The translations under genes and the position numbers were made by a program. 15,289 nt of DNA, taken from Promethearchaeota archaeon. GTDB lineage: Archaea; Asgardarchaeota; Lokiarchaeia; Sigyniarchaeales; SOKP01. Positions 1-7,325 of the stretch are shown here, one piece after another. Under the pieces are notes generated by a model. It was not told the origin of the DNA. It saw only the letters and a program-made list of their open reading frames with translations, and did not search any database. The stretch spans positions 1-15,289 of the forward strand of contig JAGXNO010000065.1 of the NCBI GenBank assembly GCA_019894975.1, read 5' to 3'. Numbering within the stretch: position 1 is the stretch's first letter; each line of letters starts with the position of its first letter.

Positions 1-2
1 GC

Positions 3-263
3 CCAAATATGGTTGTACTTTTGACAGATGGGATTCCTACCGACCAGGAGCTATTCTTAAGTGAAGTCAAAAAGTTGTCAGATAACCCTAACGTTGTTAC
101 GTACATAGTTGGTTTAGGAAACCCAGATCGTGAGTTAATGACACGGGCAGCATCTTTATGTGGTGGTGAATATTTTGAGCCAGAAGATGCGGGAGAATTA
201 TTAATTTGGTATTCTAAACGAGCACGGGACCTTACTGTAAAATTAAAATCGCATAAAGAATAG
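3..263 (+). CDS. VWA (von Willebrand factor A) domain protein, C-terminal part; 5'-truncated by the window edge
   Basis: The frame is open from the window start (PNMVVLLTDG...). VVLLTDG is the VWA beta-strand carrying the MIDAS Asp; it is followed by VTYIVGLG and a helix-GGEYF segment typical of VWA C-termini. ATG at 9 is probably internal. Confidence 0.8.
   Translation, partial: PNMVVLLTDGIPTDQELFLSEVKKLSDNPNVVTYIVGLGNPDRELMTRAASLCGGEYFEPEDAGELLIWYSKRARDLTVKLKSHKE
214..263 (+). repeat. Direct repeat copy 1 (last 15 sense codons plus stop of the VWA gene)
   Basis: ctaaacgagcacgggaccttactgtaaaattaaaatcgcataaagaatag matches 1257-1306 at 42/50 nt without gaps. Confidence 0.9.
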
Positions 264-346
264 AATTTAATTAAATTTCATTATATATTATTACTTTTTT
301 ATATTTGATCTAAAACAAAATTCTTCACTTGAGAAGTAATTCTAAT

Positions 347-1096
347 CTATAAACGTCTTAATGAAAAATATAATAAGATAATAATTATAAATCCGATAAG
401 AACAATAAGAACATTTCCAATTTTAGCTAGTGACATCATTGCCAGAAGAAGAATCAATCCAAGGGGATCATCATTTTTAGATTTAAATCTTTTCGATGAT
501 TTTGGTAATTTTACGTGAGTATATTCTCTTCTATATGGTGTTCTTATTATTCTTGGACTAGATGGTATAGATGGTATAGATGTAATATTTTTGAATGCTA
601 TTGTTGTTATTCTCGTGAACATTTTTTCTATATTTTTCCCTGTTTTAATAGAGATTTCCATCGATTTTGATATATTATTCTCTATTTTAAATTTCTTTAT
701 TTGTTCTTTAGATACTTCTCGATTTTGGTTTATATCGGATTTATTTCCTACTAGTAAGAACTGAAAATTATCCATTTTTCCGGGTTTCTTAATATTCTGG
801 AGGGTTTTAGATAAGTAGTTTAAACTATTTGCATTAGAAATATCATACATAAGGATAATTCCGTTTGCACCATTAAGATATGATTTGGTTAGATTAAAAA
901 CCCAGAATGGAGAAGATATCGTCCAGACCATATGTGTTGAAAGAATTCCAAAAGTATTAACTTCTTTTTTTAAAAAATCAACACCAAAAACATGACTATA
1001 TTCTTCAACATATGAAGGATCTATATATTTTGATAATGGTGTTTTACCTACATCCCTATCTGCAAGTAAGCATACTTTGAATAAGTATTCCGACAA
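347..1096 (-). CDS. Rab/Ras-superfamily small GTPase-like protein with degenerate G1/G2/G3 motifs and a C-terminal membrane anchor
   Basis: FKVCLLADRDVGKT (G1 variant), FGVDF (Rab effector-loop-like), YLNGANGIILMYDIS, LLVGNKSD (G4) and EISIKTGKNIEKMF (G5-like). The last ~38 aa are hydrophobic and end in RRL. TTG start with an AT-rich TATA-like element about 25-35 nt upstream. Confidence 0.85.
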   Translation of the reverse strand: MSEYLFKVCLLADRDVGKTPLSKYIDPSYVEEYSHVFGVDFLKKEVNTFGILSTHMVWTISSPFWVFNLTKSYLNGANGIILMYDISNANSLNYLSKTLQNIKKPGKMDNFQFLLVGNKSDINQNREVSKEQIKKFKIENNISKSMEISIKTGKNIEKMFTRITTIAFKNITSIPSIPSSPRIIRTPYRREYTHVKLPKSSKRFKSKNDDPLGLILLLAMMSLAKIGNVLIVLIGFIIIILLYFSLRRL

Positions 1097-1195
1097 ATTG
1101 ACACAACATAGAGTTCTTTATTATATTTTATACAATTTTTCTATTTAAATATTGTGAACATGATAGTTTAGCAATAAATCAATTAATGATATACG

Positions 1196-1306
1196 ATGGA
1201 AGAAGACGTAGAAAAGAAAAAACTTGAATTTGAAGCCCTCCTTCAAAAAAGAATTACTAAACGAGCAGGAGATCTTACTGTCAAATTAAAAGCTCACAAA
1301 GAATAA
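1196..1306 (+). other. 36-codon ORF ending in a copy of the VWA C-terminus (displaced gene end or small peptide)
   Basis: ATG at 1196 reads MEEDVEKKKLEFEALLQKRITKRAGDLTVKLKAHKE*. The last 15 aa match the VWA end (KRARDLTVKLKSHKE) at 13/15, and a T7 tract follows at 1321-1327. Confidence 0.45.
1257..1306 (+). repeat. Direct repeat copy 2 of the VWA gene 3' end
   Basis: ctaaacgagcaggagatcttactgtcaaattaaaagctcacaaagaataa; 42/50 identical to 214-263, and 6 of the 8 mismatches are at third codon positions. Confidence 0.9.
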
Positions 1307-1457
1307 ATTTTTAACCCTAGTTTTTTTCTTATTTCTATTTTCGGCTATTTCAATCTGAAAAGTTCATTAAGATTATTAGTAAGAATTTTGTTAATATTTA
1401 TAAGAAAATTATTTCCATAATGTAATTATTAAAAGAAATAGTGATATAATAAGAAGT

Positions 1458-1865
1458 ATGAAGGATGTAAAAATTATTTCCATAGATAATAGAGGGAGAA
1501 TAGTACTACCGTTGGTGACTAGGAAAAATCTTGGTATAACAACTGATTCACAATTGATGCTTGTAAGCGACTCAGAAACGAAGGAGGTACGGATAACACC
1601 CGTCGGAATTACGAAGGAGGAAAGGCCCATTAAATTTAGGATCACCATGAGTGATGAGCCTGGTTCTTTAGCACAAATTGCATCAACCTTTGGAGATCTT
1701 GGAATTTCTTTGATGTACGGAGAAAGTGTTATAGTAGAAAAATCAAAAACAGCAATTTGGACGGTAATTAGTCCAACTCCGCAAAATATTACTATGGAAG
1801 AATTAAGAGAAGGTCTAATAAAAAACGGAAAAGCACTTAATGTAGATATCATTCCTTTTGATTAA
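1458..1865 (+). CDS. AbrB/MazE/SpoVT-type DNA-binding domain fused to an ACT ligand-binding domain (transcription regulator)
   Basis: N-terminal IDNRGRIVLPLVTRKNLGI fits the AbrB swapped-hairpin signature. C-terminal ITMSDEPGSLAQIASTFGDLGISL fits the ACT signature (D.PG.L..I...F...GI.I). Confidence 0.85.
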   Translation: MKDVKIISIDNRGRIVLPLVTRKNLGITTDSQLMLVSDSETKEVRITPVGITKEERPIKFRITMSDEPGSLAQIASTFGDLGISLMYGESVIVEKSKTAIWTVISPTPQNITMEELREGLIKNGKALNVDIIPFD

Positions 1866-1866
1866 A

Positions 1867-1889
1867 TTCATATATATGAACTTTATTAA
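1867..1889 (+). promoter_or_regulatory. Perfect 14-bp palindrome next to a TATA-like box upstream of the 1907 gene
   Basis: ttcatatatatgaa (1867-1880) is its own reverse complement. TTTATTAA (1882-1889) starts 25 nt before ATG 1907, as expected for a leaderless archaeal promoter. Confidence 0.45.
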
Positions 1890-1906
1890 GTACATAGGTA
1901 TATTCT

Positions 1907-2776
1907 ATGGCTAAGAAAAAGAAAAAAGAGAAGAAAAAGAAGGTAGAAGATGTAGATGAGCTTGAGGATATTCAAAGCTATTCTTTAGATAGTGCTTTGC
2001 ATTCTACAAAATCTACTAAAACAACGTTACAGAGTTTAATGGAAGAAGCGGCTGAAGGAAAAGGGTTTGAACTCCCTAAAACAGAAGGAGATGAAAAAAT
2101 TACACCTCGGTTATCTCATGAATCCAGAAGTAAAATAGCAGAAGCATATGCGTTGGAAGATGTCCCGATAACTCATAGAAAACCTTCACAAAAAAGGGAA
2201 AAATTAATACCTCAAACAGAATCAAAACCAGAACCTTCACCTACTCCTGCAAAAACTCAACCTACACCTTCTCCTGTAAAAATTCAGCCTACACCTCGTC
2301 CAAAAATTAAGGTAGAAGCTTCAATTGTTCCTGCTCCTGGTGAAAAAATAGTCGAGGTCAGAGAAGAACCACCTTCAACACCTTCAGATGAAGGTAAGTC
2401 ATCACCAGTAAAAAAAGGTAATATATATGTTAAATTGACGGAATTTTTTGAAGAATTGTTGATGGGATATAATGAAAGATATGAGCGGTGGGAAAATTCA
2501 ACCTCTAATATTCTCTCAATTTTAAGGAAAATGCGGAAAATTACTAAGAAAAATACGGATGATTTAGTTGTTTCTATAAATAATTTATATAAGAAGATCC
2601 AAGCCGATTTAGAACTGTTTAAAGTTAAACGCGACGAGGTTGAGAAAGTTGCGGAAGTGGATATTGAATCTATGTCTGGAAAATTCAAAAGGGTTTTGGG
2701 GTTACTAGAATTACAAGTTAAGGAATATCAATTGAAAAGAGATACTGATGATTTAATACATGAATTGAGTCATTAA
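1907..2776 (+). CDS. Hypothetical protein: polybasic N-terminus, Pro-rich disordered linker, C-terminal helical/coiled-coil domain
   Basis: 289-aa ORF with MAKKKKKEKKKK, a PEPSPTPAKTQPTPSPVKIQPTPRP linker and ~115 aa of amphipathic helices at the C-terminus. It is closely packed with its neighbours. Confidence 0.85.
   Translation: MAKKKKKEKKKKVEDVDELEDIQSYSLDSALHSTKSTKTTLQSLMEEAAEGKGFELPKTEGDEKITPRLSHESRSKIAEAYALEDVPITHRKPSQKREKLIPQTESKPEPSPTPAKTQPTPSPVKIQPTPRPKIKVEASIVPAPGEKIVEVREEPPSTPSDEGKSSPVKKGNIYVKLTEFFEELLMGYNERYERWENSTSNILSILRKMRKITKKNTDDLVVSINNLYKKIQADLELFKVKRDEVEKVAEVDIESMSGKFKRVLGLLELQVKEYQLKRDTDDLIHELSH
2240..2308 (+). repeat. Intragenic 27-bp tandem repeat (about 2.5 units) encoding the Pro-rich linker
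   Basis: cctactcctgcaaaaactcaacctaca and ccttctcctgtaaaaattcagcctaca (23/27 identical), then a partial cctcgtccaaaaatt; they encode PTPAKTQPT, PSPVKIQPT and PRPKI. Confidence 0.7.
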
Positions 2777-2827
2777 ATATAACTTCTTTTCCATAGGATG
2801 TAAAAAATTAATATATATCAGATAAAA

Positions 2828-4018
2828 ATGTCATCTGAAAATACAAATCAAATACGCCCATTAGTTCTTGATATAGGGAGTAAATTTTTTCGACTAGGAT
2901 GGGCTGGGAGTGACTATCCCGATATAATTGCCCCCAGTCTCTATGTTGACAATAGCGATTATTTATTTTCTTCAGATGTAATTGATGGTCTTGAAGATAT
3001 ATTTATTGGTGAAAAATCCGCAGAAAATCAATTGTTTGGAGATGAGGCATTAAAATATTCTAATATACTTAAAGTACATGAATTTAAAAAAGAAAATAAT
3101 TACAATGTCTTTATGAAATTCTTTTTTCATCACTATCAACAATTGAATATTGCTGAAGAAAATCAATTTAAACAACCAATTATAATCATAACCCCTTTTT
3201 TTATGTCTGAATTAGAGAAAACCAAGTTAAGAGATATTTTCTTTAATGTGTTTGATTTCCCGGGGGTTTTATTTCTATCTGAAAGTCAAGGCATCATCTC
3301 TACATTCCGAAAATCTAGCGGAGTAATCATAAATATGGGGGAGGAGAACACTTATTTCACAACTTTTCTACACGGGTTTTCTAATAACATGGCAAGGGAT
3401 ACATTTCCTATAGCAGGAAAGGATTTAACGACTTATCTCCTAAATCTCCTTTTAACACAAATTGTTCATGGAAAATCGATATTTCTTGATAATATAACTA
3501 CAAAGGAGATAAAAGAGAAGTTTTCATTATGTGTTTTAAATCCTGAAGAGGAAATTAAGCGAATAAAAGATGGATTCACAAAATATAATAGTAATATTGA
3601 TTTACCAGATGGAACTAGTTTAGCGATTAGCTCAGAAAGATTTCTTATTTCAGAACCTCTATTCAATCCAAATTTAATCCATATTGATTATATAGGACTA
3701 CCCGAAGCAATATCTAAAGTTATTCGTGTATGGGATAGGGAGAATTGGCAAGAATTGTTGTCAAATATTATTCTTGCAGGAGGAGGGAGTTTAATTCCTG
3801 GTTTAGAGCAAAGATTAAAATTTGAGATTTCAAAATTCTTCTCAGAGAAGCTGAGAGAGCATATTAATGTATTAGCTGTTTCAGGCAGAGAAAATGTTAG
3901 TTGGGTTGGAGCGAGTGTTTTATGGGCTCAGGGAAAATTGAATAAAGGATGGGAGAACAATCCAAAAATCTCTGAAGTAGAAGAAGAACAGGAAAGTAAT
4001 GAACAATTAACTAAATAA
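2828..4018 (+). CDS. Actin-related protein (divergent Asgard actin-family member)
   Basis: Collinear actin motifs: LVLDIGS...GWAGSDYP (phosphate 1), GVIINMGE (phosphate 2), AGKDLTTYL, KEIKEK, LPDG...ERF..SEPLFNP, NIILAGGGSLIPG..QRL (adenosine) and SWVGASVL. Confidence 0.93.
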   Translation: MSSENTNQIRPLVLDIGSKFFRLGWAGSDYPDIIAPSLYVDNSDYLFSSDVIDGLEDIFIGEKSAENQLFGDEALKYSNILKVHEFKKENNYNVFMKFFFHHYQQLNIAEENQFKQPIIIITPFFMSELEKTKLRDIFFNVFDFPGVLFLSESQGIISTFRKSSGVIINMGEENTYFTTFLHGFSNNMARDTFPIAGKDLTTYLLNLLLTQIVHGKSIFLDNITTKEIKEKFSLCVLNPEEEIKRIKDGFTKYNSNIDLPDGTSLAISSERFLISEPLFNPNLIHIDYIGLPEAISKVIRVWDRENWQELLSNIILAGGGSLIPGLEQRLKFEISKFFSEKLREHINVLAVSGRENVSWVGASVLWAQGKLNKGWENNPKISEVEEEQESNEQLTK

Positions 4019-4038
4019 AAGTAGAGAAAAAAGATCTT

Positions 4039-6630
4039 ATGACTGTAAGTTTGGATATAAAACAGGAATTTCTAGCAAGCTTCCAAAAAAAGATAATTAT
4101 TGCACGTAAATTATTAATTGGTGCTAACCATAAATGGGCTTCTAAATTGCTTGAGAATTTAAGAAGGGATATTGAAAGAAATGAATGGTTAGATATCCAA
4201 AAGAAACATCAATTATTAATGATAATCTCAAATTCATGGTGGATATACTTAAATTCTCTCGTACGACGGGAAGGGGGAGAGGTAAAAGTTGATTTGATAA
4301 GATATATTGATGCTTATAAACGATTTTTCTCTTTCTTAGCTAATTTAGATGACTTTTATTTATTTAACAATTTTGGTATTAATCTCCTGAAACAATTCAT
4401 AAAAATTGAAGATTTATCCCAGCAAGGCATTACGAAGTTCATTAATTCCTTCTCTGTCAAGTTATATAATGAAGATGAATATCAAAAATTATTAGAACTT
4501 CAAATTTTGCTAATGTTTTTAAGAAAGTCTGTAGCTCCTTCTAAATTTTTTAATTTAAGCTTAGAAAAACTAGGTAAAACCGTGTTAAAATTAGAACCGA
4601 GTAAGAGGACGTTATTTATATATATGATTTTAGAAGATGTATGCATCAAATATAATTTAATGGAAGATTCCTCTGATTTTGTGAGAATTATTAATAAGAT
4701 TATAGTTAACCGTCTCCCGCAATATTTAAAAAATGAATTCAGTAGTATTAGTAGAATTTCAATAAATGAAAGAAGTTTTACTACAATCTTAGGAGATCTT
4801 GAAGATCTTATCAATTACTTAAATGATATCGGGGAATATTCTTGGATTATAATTATCATTAGGAATATTTTCTCAAAAATGCAGGAATATCAATCATATG
4901 GGGAAGCAGTTACATATATCAGGAAATTTATTGATTTTTCGATTAATAGAAACCGTTTTGAAATAGCCTTTGAGATTTATGATTTCTTAGAAGATATTTT
5001 TATGTATAAGTCAGACCTTTCTTATGATAATCTATTAATTGAGCTTTGGGTTGAAGCTTGTAAAAAATTTGTTGATATGAAAGAGAAAAAGTATATATTA
5101 CAATCTTTAGAAAAGCTGCATAATCATTTAAAAATACCTCAAACGAGTTCTCAAATTTTTCATTATTTTTATACATATAACATACTTTGGCAATTCAAGT
5201 CAATGTTCTTTTCATTAGAACAGAGAGATTTCTGGAGAATGATGTTTTATCGTGCCCTTTTTGAAGAAGGAAATTTCAATATTGCGCAAAAAATAATTTT
5301 ACATCTTGAACAAGATTTTAGTATGTTAATCAAAGATGTCGTTTCATTAAAAAATGAAGTAGAACATCTTAAAGATCAGATCTATTCATTTAACGGTAAA
5401 GCAACCTCTCCAAATTTAGATTTTGATAGCTTTTCCATTAAAAACATGGCAATCAGGATTAATTCTGATGGAAAAATTTCATATCGTATGATCTCTACAG
5501 ATAATCAAATCATTGATGGTCAAGTCAATAATGAATACTGGAATGATACTCAAATATTAGAAATATATAAAGAACTTTTTTTCGAACCTGAAAATCGAAA
5601 ATTCATGTTTAGTCTTAATGAATTTGGGCAATTACTCTATATTTTTTTACCCAAGTTAATTAGAGATTTTTTCAAATCCTTTAAAATTGAAAGCCTTCAG
5701 ACTATACCACAAATATACTTTATTATGGATAACATGACAATTCCGTTTGATTTAATATATGATAATAATTTCTTCTTGTTGAAATATTCAATTGGATATA
5801 AAATAGGGGAAATCCCCCTAGAAGGTATTTCTTTTGAAAAAAGTGTTTCAGATAAATCTTTACAAGACCCGACAGATGAGAAATACAATGTATTATTATT
5901 TGATGGTATCAATTCCACAAATCCTCTAAAATGGAATGAGGAATTACAAAGAAAGGAACTTATATATCCTTTTGTTGCGGGTGTAAATGAAATAAATTAT
6001 ATTATTAATTTATTCAATAACACGAAAGAAATAGACCAAATTTGTACCCTTATTGGCCCAAATTCCACAAGAGAGAAATTATTGGATCAACTTTCCAGAG
6101 ATTTTTATCATATAATAATTTTTGTAGGAAATATATTCTATTCAAAATGGAGTCCGAAAGACAGCTATTTATTAGCAAATGATAATGAAATCATCACATT
6201 CAAAGAAATAAATAATGCATTAAATCATGTTGGCTCAAGATTGCGACCTCTTTTATTTTTTAATGCTCAAATTTTTAATACTGAAGGTCAGAAGTTAAGG
6301 AACGTACTTAAGACTTTTGGGGAGGTTGTTGCTCAATTCGATCAAACAAAATTCACGGGAATTGTCTCAAGAACATACCCACTTTTCAATGAAGAGACAA
6401 AACAGATTACTTCATTATTTTTTCTTAATTTATTCAATAACAATAGTCAAGGAGTATCACTTCTTAAAGCTCGTCAGCAGTGTATCGCAAGTATGATGGA
6501 AGAAGTTGTAGAACAACAATATCAAAATTCTACAGATAAAATGGGTGCTACAAGAATTGATTTAAGAAGTAGCTTAGCAGTATCAAGTTTTTTACTCTTC
6601 GGAAAACCTTGGAAAAATTTAAGCGATTGA
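4039..6630 (+). CDS. Large helical (TPR/solenoid-like) protein with a C-terminal CHAT (caspase/separase clan) domain, predicted catalytically inactive
   Basis: The C-terminal ~340 aa follow CHAT order: FGQLLY..FLP, IPFDLIYD...FLLKYSIG, E...I..LF, STREKLL..L....YHIIIFVGN (HFxGHG position), LLFFNAQ (LxAC position), FF..LF...SQGVSLLKARQ and SFLLFGKP. The N-terminal ~450 aa are helical. Confidence 0.75.
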   Translation: MTVSLDIKQEFLASFQKKIIIARKLLIGANHKWASKLLENLRRDIERNEWLDIQKKHQLLMIISNSWWIYLNSLVRREGGEVKVDLIRYIDAYKRFFSFLANLDDFYLFNNFGINLLKQFIKIEDLSQQGITKFINSFSVKLYNEDEYQKLLELQILLMFLRKSVAPSKFFNLSLEKLGKTVLKLEPSKRTLFIYMILEDVCIKYNLMEDSSDFVRIINKIIVNRLPQYLKNEFSSISRISINERSFTTILGDLEDLINYLNDIGEYSWIIIIIRNIFSKMQEYQSYGEAVTYIRKFIDFSINRNRFEIAFEIYDFLEDIFMYKSDLSYDNLLIELWVEACKKFVDMKEKKYILQSLEKLHNHLKIPQTSSQIFHYFYTYNILWQFKSMFFSLEQRDFWRMMFYRALFEEGNFNIAQKIILHLEQDFSMLIKDVVSLKNEVEHLKDQIYSFNGKATSPNLDFDSFSIKNMAIRINSDGKISYRMISTDNQIIDGQVNNEYWNDTQILEIYKELFFEPENRKFMFSLNEFGQLLYIFLPKLIRDFFKSFKIESLQTIPQIYFIMDNMTIPFDLIYDNNFFLLKYSIGYKIGEIPLEGISFEKSVSDKSLQDPTDEKYNVLLFDGINSTNPLKWNEELQRKELIYPFVAGVNEINYIINLFNNTKEIDQICTLIGPNSTREKLLDQLSRDFYHIIIFVGNIFYSKWSPKDSYLLANDNEIITFKEINNALNHVGSRLRPLLFFNAQIFNTEGQKLRNVLKTFGEVVAQFDQTKFTGIVSRTYPLFNEETKQITSLFFLNLFNNNSQGVSLLKARQQCIASMMEEVVEQQYQNSTDKMGATRIDLRSSLAVSSFLLFGKPWKNLSD

Positions 6631-6727
6631 AAATTGAACTAATAATATAAAAAAATTTGGAATAATAAATATTTATAAAGATAATTTTAATTAATTTATA
6701 CAAGAATTAAATGATATTTAATTTATT

Positions 6728-7264
6728 ATGTCAGACAGAGTACTTGAATTACGTGTAGAAAATAAGCGTTTGAAACAAGAAATAGCTTCATTAGAGAACA
6801 AAATATTAACATTGGTTGGAATGTTTAATATAGAATCATCTGGAACTCAAGAGACTAAAAATGCTCTTAACGATCAATTGCTAAATTTAATATCTTCCAC
6901 TGAAGATCAAATAAATATAGTTACACCCAAAGTAGATGAGTTTTATGCAGGAGAATTAAAGAAACTTGCACAAAAAGGTATTCCTGTGCTTTTAATAATA
7001 AACGATCGTGCAGATTTATCTAAAACATTTCAATCTATTTATGATGATTTGAAAGGTAGTGAAGGGATAAACATCATTAATAATCCCAATGTAAGATATC
7101 TTTTAGTATTCAATACCGATCAAGCTATTTATTCAGGAGGATCTTTAGATAAAGAAGAATTATCGAAATCCATCCTAATTATTACAACCATACAAGAGAA
7201 AGCAAAATTAAGAAAAATAGCAAAAATATTTTCTTTTATGCTTCCATCATTTATGAGAAAGTAA
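6728..7264 (+). CDS. N-terminal coiled coil plus a degenerate PLD-like (HKD-less) domain
   Basis: Heptad pattern in VLELRVENKRLKQEIASLENKILTL. Then LLNLISSTEDQINIVTP...LKKLAQKGIPVLLII...VRYLLVFNTDQAIYSGGSL follows PLD/Nuc or TrmB effector-domain topology with the HxK4D residues absent. Confidence 0.65.
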   Translation: MSDRVLELRVENKRLKQEIASLENKILTLVGMFNIESSGTQETKNALNDQLLNLISSTEDQINIVTPKVDEFYAGELKKLAQKGIPVLLIINDRADLSKTFQSIYDDLKGSEGINIINNPNVRYLLVFNTDQAIYSGGSLDKEELSKSILIITTIQEKAKLRKIAKIFSFMLPSFMRK

Positions 7265-7271
7265 GAAAATC

Positions 7272-7281
7272 TTTTTTTTTT
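7272..7281 (+). terminator. Oligo-T archaeal terminator closing the co-directional cluster
   Basis: T10 tract beginning 8 nt after the stop at 7264. Confidence 0.55.
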
Positions 7282-7325
7282 ATTATCAACTCTTTTTACA
7301 TTATAGTTATTGGATCATTTGAACG

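Noticed and set aside
264-277. Perfect palindrome aatttaattaaatt after the VWA stop
   Set aside because: A/T only and expected by chance in this composition; a weak hairpin.
561-582. 9-bp tandem gatggtata in the GTPase linker (SIPSIPS)
   Set aside because: A two-copy micro-duplication in a disordered linker; no further significance evident.
1409-1852. 147-aa minus-strand ORF
   Set aside because: Antisense shadow of the well-supported AbrB-ACT gene; no motifs.
2501-2556. WH2-like reading of SNILSILRKMRKITKK in the 289-aa protein
   Set aside because: No proper LKKT/V motif or spacing, and it sits within a long continuous helix.
2284-5918. Minus-strand ORFs 2284-2688, 3466-3666, 4500-4814 and 5697-5918
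   Set aside because: Fully antisense to longer, supported genes, with the Ser/Phe/Ile-rich composition typical of shadow frames.
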